DNA of 58,775 bases, filler included, from Sphacelaria rigidula (lineage: Eukaryota): NCBI GenBank assembly GCA_964200075.2. It is 6 parts of 6 records of this genome, joined end to end, with 100 filler letters (N's around TTAATTAATTAA, not from the genome) between each part and the next. Parts side by side here need not be neighbours in the genome. Positions count along the whole stretch, not along the records: positions 1 to 9,713 come from CAXNAA020007913.1; positions 9,814 to 19,526 come from CAXNAA020007914.1; 4 more parts are not named here. One strand, 5' to 3'. Of this stretch, positions 1 through 13,100 are shown in pieces; the first letter of the stretch is position 1; every line of letters begins with the position of its first letter. The position numbers and the translations under genes were made by a program. The notes under the pieces are model-generated. The model saw only the letters and a program-made list of their open reading frames with translations. It ran no database searches and was not told the DNA's origin.

Positions 1-636
1 CCCCTACAAAGCCGGGACGGAGCACGCCGGGTTCTCGCCGGACCAGGCAATGAACGGGGGAGGGGGGGAATGGATTGATTCCTCGACACCACGAACCCGT
101 TTCGAGAAAGGAGAGAGGTTAAACTAAAAGTGTAATGAAAAAGTAACGACAAAAAATAATGGTGGAATCTTGTGAAAAACGCTTCACTTTTCCCCCGCGA
201 GCCCCGAGTGAATTCCAAGGTAAACAGCTGGAAGATTGTCACTCCAATTTACCGCCAGAGTAACCCAGGCCTTTTCATGAAGCCTTGGACGCCGACCTTC
301 TCCTCCTTTACTCCACACTGTGCAGTTTTCCTTGGCTACCTTGCCTACGCAAGTCGAAACGGGGCTTAGCCCCCTCCAGAGCAGCCACCTTGTACCCATG
401 TAAGATAAATACAAATACCAAGTAGTCTCTACAAGCACAGCGTACGAAGAAACTTAAAAAAGAAGCCGTGTACCCACATTCATCACATACATATGCTCCT
501 GCCGACCATGTGTGGGAAGAGATGCGTATATATGCCCACGCCCTCACGCCCTTAGATTTCCAGCGCTGTCGCCTAATGCACAGGCGTGGGCCACCAAATG
601 ACTACTACACTGATCCGTAGGCAACGTTTTCCGTAC

Positions 637-3600
637 CTGCTGGTAAAGGATGGAGATGGCCAGCGTCACCAGAGGGGGCAGTAGAGTCACCCAACCAGGA
701 ACACAGGTGACCTTGACGTCGTGCGTTTGGTCGCCCACCTTAAACCGAAGCGTGCTTGGTCCTACGGCCCTGTGTTTGTGTGTGCATGTATGTGAGCGTG
801 CACGCGCACGTGTGTGTGGTGCAAACGAAGGGGCGCCGTACAGTAGCGACATTTAGTCTCGGCGTCTCGGGCAGCCAAAGGATGATAGCCTGTCGCAAAT
901 GGATCGATTTTCTTTCTATAGATTTTTCCACTTGAATAGACCCCCAGGTAGTCATGATCCAGTCGTAGTCATTGTCCACACGATAGACGCACCCGAGATA
1001 AGAACAAAACTGGAACACTTGTTGAAGAAAAGGGGGGGGGGAAACACAGAAAATATAGAACAGACCAACAGAGTAGACTTGAGAATAAAACAACAAGCCA
1101 AGAGGAAAAAAATAAACAAAATAGACATGGTCGGTCTCGACACACACATGGCTTTGGTGGAAAAGGTCTTGCGCAGACACCACACTCACGCCCAATCGTA
1201 CAAAACAGAGGACCCTGGAAAAAGATTGCGGCTCGTCTACCACAACCTTGCTATTTGCGAAGTAAACCCGATCTTATTCTTGTACCTAGAAAAAAAATGC
1301 AAAGTGGATGTGATTTTAGTCTTCTACCCGAAAAACTCTTGTGCGGCACAAGAGAGGCGCGCAACACGGCCTGAAGCGATGCAGGGAGCGGGTACACACA
1401 CGTTCGTCGCTATTTTTGTTTGGGGGCGTGTGTTTCCGCTTGCGGACGTACACCTTGCAAGCAGAGTACACTATAATACACTGTCGTGTCTGCGATGCTG
1501 CCTGTACACGCATGCGAGAGTGTGCAGTACACAGTCCACGAAGCAGGTGCCCAGGGTGGCGGCATGGAGTGGGCTCCCATGATGGAGGTGTCATTTTCGT
1601 CTTGTGATATGATTTGGCGCGTCTTCGATCGACCTTGCGCTACTGAAACTCTACTACAGCTAGAGTGACTTTCTTCATGACGACTGCATGGTTTACAGGC
1701 GGCGCACTCGCGATCCATTGAATCTCTTGCACGCAAGATGCCCCAGATCACTATATACAGAAATTCGGAATATTTGTTTTGTCCACGACGCCTGCTAAAA
1801 TACGTCAGGGAGAAACGTGCGTCTGTATGGAAGATGGTGTCGGAGTATTCCCCCATTACTTCGTGCTGATCGGTGTGTTCGTGTGCTTCTTGTCATAAAT
1901 GCAGTGGTGAAAACACGGGGCGCTGCCACATGCATATGCCATTAAAAAAAATGATACAGCAGCGTTGTGGGGGATGGCTGTGGCTCTCAGTGTGGTCCCG
2001 CCACGCCCCTGGGTAGCGGAGCGGTTTTTGCACATTTGGTGAGGATTTCTAGTCCTGTGCGTGTACTTTTCTGGGCTCGATGTACAGGTGTCGCGCTTCC
2101 TTGTCGCGGCTTTTTTTCACCAGCAGAGATACGTTGGACCGGCAACCACTGCTATCACAGAACAGCCGCATTCTCTGACCTCTGCGCGAATCTGGTTTAC
2201 ATCTGGATGGGAAAATACTTTCCAAGCGGGTGAATATGTGTGTCTGCACAAGTTCATCATATTTGATTTGGTAACTGGAGCAATTTTTTTTGTGAATCAT
2301 TTTAATTGAACATGAACAGTGAAAGATGAAAATAACATGGGTTAAGTCAGTACTTGGAATGAATTGGCCCATCAAGTGCCATACATCACAGTGAATGCCA
2401 ATCCATGCGCCGAGGGCTTGAGAGCCAGAAGCATTAGCACATATTTGCAACGGCGGCCCGGGCAGCCAGTCGTCCTTGTTTGAGTGTAGTGGGGGTACAG
2501 TGGTGAAAACGGTAGTGTACGGTATTGTCAGGATTCGCATTACGTTCCATCCGCCCGCCTGATACTTTTGGAAGGTGTCATCGAGCGGGGACGATCGGTC
2601 CGACACTGAGCGAGTAGCATGGTCGTAGCAGATTTCCGAATACCGAGTCTATGCTTGGAAGTGATTCCGATATTTGGTAGTGTGGCTTTTGTTTTTTTTT
2701 CCTTTCAACTTCTCAATTCCTCCCCTTCTTCGGGACGATGGAGAGACACCCATGAGGCAGTACGGAACCCGCGGCTCTTTGGAAGTGGCGATGCCAGAAA
2801 ATGAAGTAACTCATTCGAGGCTGTCACCCACGTGCAAGATAATCAGTACGCTTCGGGTCGAAAAATCTTGGCAAGCTGCAGCTCATCCCTTCATGAGACT
2901 CCGCGAACACATAACGGCGCTTCACGCTTGGTGATTGATTGCGAGCCTGGTCCGGCGAAAACCCAGCGTGCTCCGTCCCGGGTGTGTAGGGATGCGGGGT
3001 CAACAATCATATGGCTACGGCATGCAAGATCATGAGCACAATCCCTTCCTCGGGACGAGTCCATGGTCTTGGAAGGAATCAACCCATCTCTCCCCCGGTA
3101 CACGCCGTAGATTTTGGTATCGCGGGTTGGATCAGCACTTCCGCATCGCGTCGACTGTCTGCTCAAACTTGGACGAACATACCATTTTTGCTATGCACGT
3201 CCTCGCGCTCAACAACCAAGATCAGATACTGGTGAGAAAAGAGCCAAACTAGACGCATCTGGTGGAAGTCGAACCCGCATTTTTTTCCACGCCCTCACGA
3301 TGCTTGTTGTACCAGTAGACCACCTGGGCACGGTTTTTGACAAGGACCCGCCCAGTGCATACATGCTCGAGGTCATGAATCGGTATCAGGTGTCATTGCT
3401 AATGCGCGAATATAAAAGCCGAAATCAAACGGTTGTTTGCGGGCACAATCCTGTCAACTCTCAGACAGCGACCCCCCCGCTAGTAGGCTGAGGTAGACAC
3501 TCCACTTTTTGGCTTTAGAATAATTTCTTCGTCACAACTTAAAACGCCTACTCTACGGCGGAAGGGAGTGCATAAGAGGCACATAGTTGTGAGAGTCATA

Positions 3601-4970
3601 ACACAGACGGAGGTGTAGTTGTCGACCTCCTGATTATTATGCCTCATATTTTTGCTGTACAGCCTGTACTGTATCGTGCCGCGGCTGCACTTGCGGTCTG
3701 CAGCGTGCTGGATCTTACAGTGTTGAACGCGCCCAGTGTACGCAGCGTGCGTTTGGGTATCGCACCATGACTACGGCCGGGAACGCCCCTGATTACCGTA
3801 AAGCAATTGCTCGGCAATGGCGGTCGCCTCACCGTCGAAGTAGTTGTCTACATCTACGTGCGGAGGATACTCGTGGCCGCCGCTTGCGCCATGGCGTTTT
3901 ATACCAGATGGAGGTGTGGAGCTAGTAGGACGCTCAGGCGGTACTGAACAGACACAGTGTACCGAAGATGCTCGAACACCTGCTTTTTGGTTGTAATCTA
4001 TGGTTGATTTGGCATGATCAAAATGAGATTCGAGGAAAGACGGCGAAGGTGTCTACCAGCTGTCCACCTCAACCAGAACAAAAGTGCTCATTTTGACGAC
4101 CGTGATTGGTTAGAATGGTCATCCCGCGCCTCTCGGGCCTCGTGCACGGCTCATAATTTCCCGTGGGAAACTTTCAAACACACATGGTCGACTCCGTGAG
4201 CTTCTTCGATGCTCGGCGGAGAACCCCCTCCCCCTCCCGAGCTCTGGAAACCCCCGGATGTCTCAGGACTGTCAGCCTGTACAACTGCTCCGAGGCGACG
4301 CTCGTCGTCTAAGGGTTAACCAACTGATTTTGCGAACAGATTTCACCTGGCTCGATAGGACACGGCGTAACGTCGCACATGGGCGATATCACCACGACAA
4401 CAGTAGATGTTGCGGATCTTACCGCAACATGGATGTGTAGTACAGTATAGCATCTTGGTCGCAATCGAAAAATCATCGGTACATAGAGACCACCACATCA
4501 AGCATTGCAATAGCAAAGGCACGAAGGCAAATATGGTGGCTGTCAATGCGCCATACAGCAGAGAGAGAGTATCAAAGCATTGGGGCGCACAGTAGTAGTG
4601 TATTGTATCCCCATCTGCAAGCCATCGACTCTTACCCAAGGCGCAGACCGCGCAGCTCGTGGTGCATGTGGACCTCGCCACCGGCGGAGACCGACAGTTT
4701 CTGCTTGACTAGCAGACTTTGCCCGACGCCGCCACTACCATTGCCATCCACGACCGAGACCTGTGCCTCGACATTGCCTTTCTTGGCCAGGGATGGCGGC
4801 AGCGTTAGCATTGCCGAGAAGGTGGCGTTGGTATGCACCACCAATGAAACATCAACTTCAAGGCCGCCGCTGCCACCACCGCCGCAGGCTCCACATATTG
4901 CAGTGGAGGCGGACACGAGAGCTGCCAGTGCCAACGCCAGGCGGCGCGGTCTTGCAAGCAGAGGAATCAT
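637..4970 (-). CDS. NhaC-family Na+/H+ antiporter-like membrane protein, 5' part (2 exons, runs off contig)
   Basis: Exon 1 is 4970-4636 (ATG, hydrophobic leader LALALAALVSAS, donor GG|gtaag, phase 2). Exon 2 is 769-637 (acceptor cacag|G, donor CAG|gtacgg). The join is in frame: ...LRGLRLG-AVGPSTLRFKVGDQTHDVKVTCVPGWVTLLPPLVTLAISILYQQ. GWxxLLPPLVxxxxxxxxxQ resembles the first transmembrane helix of NhaC-family transporters (recognised from memory). Confidence 0.65.
2725..3107. repeat. Copy of an abundant dispersed repeat family inside the NhaC-like intron
   Basis: Shares long blocks (gacacccatgaggcagt...ctgtcaccca..tgcaagataatcagta; ccggcgaa...gcgtgctccgtcccgg; gatcaacccatctctcccc) with 1-110, 15400-15770, 19320-19526, 29440-29535, 48000-48060 and 58680-58745. 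Confidence 0.85.
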
Positions 4971-5496
4971 AATGACGTGAACAATGTGCTACGGACACGA
5001 AGATGCACACGCTCTTCAAGAGCGTGAGCTGACAGCTACGGACGGGATCAATCTAGCAATGTCTGTGCGCGCGGCGCAAAGGGTATCCTGATTTCCTCCC
5101 GTTGTCAGACCCGCGATCAAACGTAGTCAAATTTACACACTCCATTTGCGCAAATTCAAGACCACAGACTCCCCTCTCTTTATAGGAAATTGGGTAGGTA
5201 CGACAGCGGTGAAACGAACAAGTGTTGAAATCATTCACCCTCTCATTTGAAAACAGAGTATGCCCTGACGCAACTGTACGTCAAACGAGCCGCTTCCAAC
5301 CTAGCCTATTACCTTGAAACAGTAAGACAGTTATACTACTGTAGTATGCAAAGTTCTACAACTACGACTAGATATTTCTGTCGGGTGTGACGACCACGAG
5401 AGGTTCTAATGTGACGATGAAAACAACAATCAAGGTCCTGCGTAACTCCACCAAACCGGCAGCGCCCTACACGGACTCGTTACAGCACTGGTAATC

Positions 5497-8400
5497 ATGG
5501 AGTACCTAGGGCCTGGGGCTGAGGATGTCAGTCCGAAAGCCGCAGCTGGTATCCTTGTGGAGCGGCTCAAGCACTCAGGCCACCTCGGCGACCGCCGCGA
5601 GGCACTGGATGCCCTGTTGTCCTTGTCAAAGAAGCATCCTGCAGACGTTGGGCAGGCAGGCGGTATGCCTACGTTCACTGACATTTTGCAAGCCGGCGTT
5701 GCCGACAGCGGCATGACCCAGACGATCGTGGAGATTATGATTAATCTCGTCAGTGATGGTGGTGATGGTGCAAGTGGTGATAGTGATAGTGGGGTTGAAG
5801 CGAACATTGCGGTGTTTTTGAAGGACGTGCAGAACGTCCAGAATCTTCTGGATTTGCTCGAGAGCCCGGACACGATAACGGCTATGTCGGCCGTTCAGGC
5901 AAGTGGGGCTTATGTCGGAGGACAGGGCAGAAAACAAGCGCGCCGGTTGGTTTGCTCTTCATTTTTACCCATGTGCGATTGTGTCGGGACGGCGGGATAA
6001 TGGAGCTTGAAGTCCTGTACTTGTGTCTCTTGGCCTTGCAAGAAAAAAACTGTCCGCGGGTAGGATTTTTCAAATATTCTGTTCCTGCTTCCGGTTGAGC
6101 ATACGAGTATACGATAGCGTGTTTGTCCACGTTACTGTTGACTGCAGAGATGCTGTCGTGATGTGCTGCGCTCCTGCAGCATATCCACTCGTGTACAGCA
6201 TATCGAGTTACTTGCGCTGATATTCCATTTTCACTAGATGGTCGCCGGCTACACACGGAAGCATGTTCTTGAATTTGTTTCTCGTTGCAGTCCTGCGCCA
6301 AAATAAAAAAAAACAATTGTTTCGGAACAGAATCTGAGCTCTTCTCATCCAGTAGTGCACTGTTGTTGCAGCGCCCAACCTCAGATCTATGTGCATGGGC
6401 TTGTTGATTGCGGTTTACATGCCATGTGACATAAATTTCAGCGTCTCGCAGCGACGACTCCGTACGACCGTGCCTCTCGCGCTGAGCATCTATCTCTACA
6501 GGCGATACCGGAATGAATTTTCTACAGATTATCATTTTCCGGAGGATGTGCCAGCACTGATCTATGTTTGCCAGCACTTTACCCTCCCAGGTGATCATGA
6601 TGTGAAAGTGAGTGCACCACCATGTTCACATTTGCATTCACTCACAGAGCACAGAAGCTGGGCTGCGAGATAGCCGTTTTGAGGGCCTATCGACGGTATA
6701 TCGGTATTCGCTGAGTTTAATTTGCTCGTTGACCGAAAGGAGCTTTTTCTCCGGTACATATACTGCCTGTGTTGTGTCAAACTAATGCATCAAGTTTCAT
6801 GGGGGTGACTTGTCCCATGATCAAGAAATCCAGAAGCAAAGTTTCCGTTCGAAAATGCAATGATTTTTTGTATGCGGGCCAAGTGCGGGCAGTCACAAAT
6901 ATGGAGTGGGCATTCCGTTATATATATACTCCGTAGTATATAATTTTGTTTTGGCGCAGGACTGGTTGGCGTGATTTTCTGATTCGTCCATATACAACGT
7001 CTTCCCTTGTGCATTGCATCATACAACGACTTCCACCGTATGCAGGTACTGCAAGCCGTGCAAAAGTCGGCCGCCGACTCCTTGGAGGCCAGCATTCTCG
7101 AATGCCCGGCGGGGATGCAGGCTCTGGTGGAGGTGCTGCGAGATCCCCGGGAGGAGGTCAGGAACGAGGTTATCTTACTACTGGGGCAGGTAAATGAATA
7201 AAACGACTATCGTGCTCCCACATGTACGCGAGGCACGTGTGCATGTCGACATACACGGTGCACCCATTCGCAGTGTAAACCTGGGGATGGAGTGCTAGAG
7301 GAGTACTATATACCTAGCCAGAATCACCACCTGATGTGTGAGTTTTGTTATGTGCTGAGGGAGACGGACGTGCGTACTCGTGCCATATTTTATAGTGACA
7401 TACGGCACCGTTTGGGGAGTTTCCGTGCGTGCTGGAGTGCATCGGTACAGCTCTTTTTCTCTCGCTCTCTCTCCCTTTATCTCCAGCTAGATATACACCT
7501 GATTTCAGCACGTTGGTTCCATCACGGTTCATTTTCAGCGCGGTGCTTGCCCCATGTATCGCACAGGCCGCTGCTGTTGTCAGTTACCCCCAGATATCGA
7601 GAAAAAAAACCCGAGTGCGGCGCATATGTCGAGACACCCTAAAAAAAGAAGGAGGGATTTCATGTTTGAGCAAGTTACGTCCCTTTCTGCATCATATGCT
7701 GTATCGTGCAGTCCTCCAAACATGTCGAACGTGTACCCCTCGTGCTGATAGACTGTTAGAGCCCATCTTCCTGTAAATTTCGTCATCAATTTTTGTCACC
7801 CAGAAGTCAGATCTTGGTTGATCTCTCAGCATACCGCACCCCCTGCACTCCACCCCTCCCGCTCCTCCCCCCCTCCCCTTTATTTTTCCTGGGCGATTTT
7901 GCGAAACCGAAACGCCTCTTTTGTAGTTGACCTCCACCAACCTAGAGGTGAAGAAATTCGTGGCGTTCCAGGAAGGGTTCGAGCGACTGTTCGACATTAT
8001 GGCTGGAGAGGGCATGCTAGAGGGTGGGAGCGTCATCGTCAAGGACTGCCTGGACGTGTGTCTCAACGTGCTCGCTGGGTCCTCGCTCACAAAGGTGTGT
8101 CTTGGGTGTTATTTTTTTATCATGTATAACTTACGTTTGCTGCTCCCCTGCTGATGTACTAATGGTACAGACAACAATGTCGTTATTTTTTTCACTCAGA
8201 GTATCAATGGTACACACTACGGTGCTGTATCAGTAGTGTATTGTAGGTGATTCACGTAGCACGATATGTTCCGCACAGTCATAATTTGCCATAGTCCACT
8301 TTTTTACCTTCATGTTCATCGTATAAATCGTAGGCTAGAGACTTGTCTGTAGTGGAGCCTAATGAAAGGACCAATCCGAGTTATTGAGGCAGTCCAGACA

Positions 8401-9050
8401 ATCGCGTGAATTTGAAGCTGAGTAAAAAAGAAGCCTTCAGAGAATAGTGGTTTCAAGAACAACCGTGATGCATATGCGCTTTTACGGATACAATTTGTTG
8501 TGCGCTACGCGGTGCCATCCTTTGCCGTGCTATTATTGTTATACGTGCTCTTCTCCTGAAGTATGACCAGGCATATTGGCGTTGTTGTTCTTGCACGCGC
8601 ATTCACCTTCACAAGAGTAAGCTCTCGTCTCCAATAGATGAAGTGCCCTCCGACACATGACTATGAAGAATTATGTTTCGCTCTTCAGTAGGCGGATTGA
8701 ATCCTCCTCGGTCAAGCTCTCGTTAACTTATTAACTTTGCTTCCCTTTAGCGGAAACGTGTAAATGTAAAGCCCGCTTCTTCTTTTTTTCATGTTGCTGT
8801 AGCGGTGTTTTGATGATTGACCATGTGCGGGTGGACTGACCATTCGTGCTGCAACAACCAGGTCCTTTTCTGCCAGAGCAAGTGCCTAAACTACGTACAT
8901 CAGCTGATCGACGTCAGAACAGCTAACGGGGGAAACGAGGCCGCTACCGCCGCGGCTACGGATGAAAAGAGACGGAGTGAAGGCGGGGAAGTGGCGGGGG
9001 GGCGCGACGTCGAGGGGCATCTGCGGCGACGAGCGGAGGACGTGTCTCAC
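5497..9050 (+). CDS. USO1: Vesicle tethering factor p115/Uso1, N-terminal head domain (4 exons, truncated by contig end)
   Basis: Exons 5497-5898 (donor CAG|gcaagt), 7046-7189, 7927-8094 and 8862-9050, all phase 0. Motifs DRREAL..L..LSK, ILECPAGMQALVEVLRDPREEVRNEVILLL and KFVAFQEGFERLFDIM..EG..EGG.VIVKDCL match the Uso1/p115 head. Confidence 0.9.
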
Positions 9051-9713
9051 GTGAGATTGGGCGCGTTCGCAGAAATCGTTTTTGTTGTCACAACCTGGGC
9101 AATGTGCAACACTGGGGGGAAAGCGTTTTATGCATAATATCGAATCTATTGTCTATTGCTTGTAACAAGCAATAGGCTCAATATTGTACGCAGTACACTT
9201 TCCCCCAAAGTGCGTTGTTGTCCAGCGTGATATTGTTGCACACCTGTAGAGCAGTAGTTTGCGCTTGTTTCTATGTGTGTGAATATACGTGAAGTCGTGG
9301 TGAGGGAGACGAGTGAAAGAGTAGGGCGAGAGAGTACGGCGTAGAGTAATGCCCTATCACGACTGCCTACGATCCAAAATCTACTGCGCGGCAAGACCCA
9401 CAACAGATCCGCCGAGAGTCCCCAAAATATTGGAACTTGGAACAATTTTCCCTTGTTCAATCACAACAATGTTCTCAGCCGGGGAGAGTCCATCGAAAGG
9501 CCGGCTAAATCAAAGAAGATCTCGTCGGCCGCGCGCTGTTTTTTGCGTTGTGTGCTTCAGATCGCAATGCATATTTGGTCAAAGTCGCTTGCCGGGAACT
9601 TGCCACGCTCGGCAGACCAGACGGTAAAAACCTTTCAGAGCATGTTTCAATTCCGTTTTTTTCGGGTACGTCTATCATGAGACCACGGCTGGACCCCTGG
9701 GGGGTCAGTTAAA

Positions 9714-9813
9714 NNNNNNNNNNNNNNNNNNNNNNNNNNNNNNNNNNNNNNNNNNNNTTAATTAATTAANNNNNNNNNNNNNNNNNNNNNNNNNNNNNNN
9801 NNNNNNNNNNNNN
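9714..9813. other. Artificial contig linker
   Basis: 44 N + TTAATTAATTAA (stop in all six frames) + 44 N. Confidence 0.98.
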
Positions 9814-10135
9814 GTCGTCTTTGCGAGTTGGGGTATATTCGGTTGTGGGGGTGGGGGGCGTACTCATTTGTTGCTTGCCTTAGTCATTTGACCATTGACC
9901 ACGCATCCCTTTCGGTGAGGGGTGGGTGGGGGAAGGGGGTGCGAGGTCGATGGCTCCATGACTACGACATGCAACATCATAAGCAAACCAGATCAATTTT
10001 CTGGTTCTCTGGACGTTTACTTTTGGTATCACCCTTCTACTCAGTTTGGGAGACTCCCGCATCCCCATTGGATTTTGGGCAGAACAGGTGCACGAAGTAC
10101 CCATTGAAGCAAAGCAAAGCAAAGCAAGTTTGCAC

Positions 10136-13100
10136 CTGTAACTCGGCCTCCTCGAGAGAGTCCTTGCACCTGGCCACGATATCCGTGCCGATTTCCACGC
10201 CAACTTCGTCCGTAGCCATAGCAATCAAAGATCTCAAGGTTCCCATGTCTGGCGTGGGCTTCATCATTTCTTTCTCCATGGCCTGAAGCACGGGCGCCTC
10301 CTGCTTCTTCTTGAGCTCTTTACGTATCGCCCTGCGAGGAACGGAGGGATACAGCAGGGACAGAGCGGCGGAAAATACGGAGAAAATGATCAATGCACAA
10401 CGTTCTGGGACTTCTGAACACACGCTTATTTTCTAGGGTAAACTCCACTGTGACTACACTAATCCCTCCCCAGCCGAAGAGTACGTATGTTCCTTCACCT
10501 CGGATCATCACTCATTCTCATCAACAAAGGATCGTCCTACTCCAAGGAGGGTGAAGGTCACACGTCCGACCCCCTCCAGGTCAAAGTTTAAAGCCCGAGT
10601 CCACACCTACAATCACTGGAGTATGGCAATACACACAATAAAGGACATGCAACCTTGCCCTAGTAGCTCATCTCCCGTAATCGACGAGGTTACCCCGCCA
10701 ATCCGCGGAGATATGTTGTACCGCTATGCGGAGGCGGCGACGCACCGCACTATGCGGGGACCCAGACCATAATCTCCATTGCCCCGAAGTAAAATATCAA
10801 AGGAGCCTCTATCAGGGTTGAAGACCCGCCCCGCGACATGACTCTGGTGTTTCCTGCCACGCACAACTCAACAGCGTTAGGTAGGGTATTTCCTACATTT
10901 GTGTATTTTGAAAATCATACTCTCAAGTACCCAAAACTTGGGTGGAGTATTGCAGTCATCCCTCCAATATTCGGGTCGAGTTTGGAAATCAGACCATCGC
11001 TACACTGAATTCGGGACAATCATTACCCGGATACTTACCCTACCCAACACGCCCTTGCAGAACTTCGAGCTTTGGCATACTCACTTAGAATCGTCGATGT
11101 CGGCCGCGGGTAGCTTCCTCAGCCTGCTGGACAACTCATCCAGCCCGGCCAGGATGGGGTCCAGGGCAGCCAGGTGCGACTGCGGGTCTCCACCTTCTTC
11201 GAGACACCGCCCGGCGTTTATCGTCGACTGTCGAGACATCATAGATTCATCAAACACCCGCGGTAGAGCACATCACGGCGACGTGTACGCGCAAGGAACA
11301 TAACCAAATTATAAGACGCCGTTTTTAATTACTGCACGACACCGCGATATAGCAAGGTCGTGCTCACGTGCTCAGAGAGGTACACTGGAGCCGAGTGATT
11401 ATGGGTCCCGCTTTTTACCGCAAAAATCTGCATCGCACACCACCCCGACCGCGCCATACCCTACTGTAAATTAAAAATATAGCACAGCGCAAACCACCCT
11501 GCAATAAATAGCCACGTATGATACAACAGGAACCATGACAGCGCGTGATATTTGAATGCATGTCGGCTCAACGGTAACCGCCCAGGCACCAACGCTGCGG
11601 GTGAGCGTTCAAATCCCAAGTATGTGTTCCTCCAGAAGCGAATTACCGCGGTAGGATATACCGAGGTTGCCCGATTATCGGGGAAAACCTATAAGCGTAT
11701 TTCACCGCGTAGGTACTGCAGTGGTCCGGCCGGCCCCGTCCCGTAATGTGCCACGCTATTAGGAAAATACAATACCCTGGACAATGACAGCAGCATACAA
11801 AACCAACTCCAACCATGGCGCCGACACATTCGGCTCTTTTCCCGCCCATTTGCCGTCCACAAACGCCACAACCATTAACCCTTTTGGGACCGCCCTCCCC
11901 ACAACGGTACAGTATGTTCGTGGCACTTTCCCCCCACAATCGTGTGTTAGTAGCAACAGTCCATTTCAACTTGAAAAAAAACGAATGGACACCTGCTACT
12001 GACATACGGTTGTGGGGGGAAAGGGTCCGAAAATAGTTAATACGGAACATGACACCAGCCACAGATCGCAACAGCACGATGTTACGTCACACTCCGCAAG
12101 CGCGAAAGATCGACGCGCTGTGAGTTGTGAGTCCAGTTCTTGTGCCGATGCGGAGAGATTCGGGAACTATTTTCGAGGAGAAAGGGGTGTGGTCATTGTG
12201 GCGTCCGTAAACGGCAAATGGGCGGGAAAAGAGCCGAATGTGTCGGCGCCATAGTTGGAGTTGGCGCGTAGATTCCCTTGCGCGCAGTGTGCCGCATCCG
12301 GTACAGTGTGGGAAGCAATGGCGCAGGACAGGCACTTTCTGGATCGATTGGTGAACCAGAGAAGGTACGATCGAGAAAGAATCCCTACATCAGGTATACC
12401 TGGCCGAAATTTGGCCTAGAAAGGGGGAGTGGTTTCTGGAGGCGAGACGTTCTTCTGGGCATGGCCATATCTCGCGAGTAAAAATGTTTTTCTCTGATTT
12501 TCTCTCGAGGCACTGGTGCCGAGGAGCGCCCCTGGATTGCTGTGGGAGAAATTCTCGGAGCGAAATCGGTCTAGATTATGTGTTTAGCTGTTTTCGCGCT
12601 ACTACTCATTTTTCGTACGAACACATGTCTTCGGCAAAATACAGGAAGGTATACCTTTGTAGGCCATTGCTCAAAAATAGAACAAAAATCCAGTGTCGGG
12701 GTATAGAACGACCTTTGTGGGATGAAAGTACGGAACGTCAAGACCGTCACGAACGTTCTCCACACAGAGGCTCTTGACCACTGTTGACATGATATCTATC
12801 GACTTGTGAAAAAGGAAGTGGAGCGAACAAGTAGTTCTCAGGGGTGTGGAACACTCACTGGGTGTTATCAATGGGTCAACTATTTTGTTCGGCCACTATC
12901 TCCGAACTTTTTGAGGGGAAGAAATAATTCGAGAAATGTGAGAGCAGATATTTTTTTCGAAAACATGGCATCGATTCTTCTTCTATTTCTCCCCAGCGCT
13001 TTGTTTTTTGGGAGACGTGGAGAAAAAAATGGAAAAAGTGAAGAAAAAAAAACGGACAAAGTTGTTCTGTTAGTAAGGCCCCCCCTTCCCTTACCGTGTG

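Noticed and set aside
770-4635. Additional short candidate exons and ORFs inside the NhaC-like intron (e.g. 899-1582, 2049-2606)
   Set aside because: No recognisable protein signal, and the flanking exons already join in phase.
9050-10136. Apparent convergent USO1-myosin trafficking gene cluster
   Set aside because: The genes are on different contigs separated by an artificial linker.
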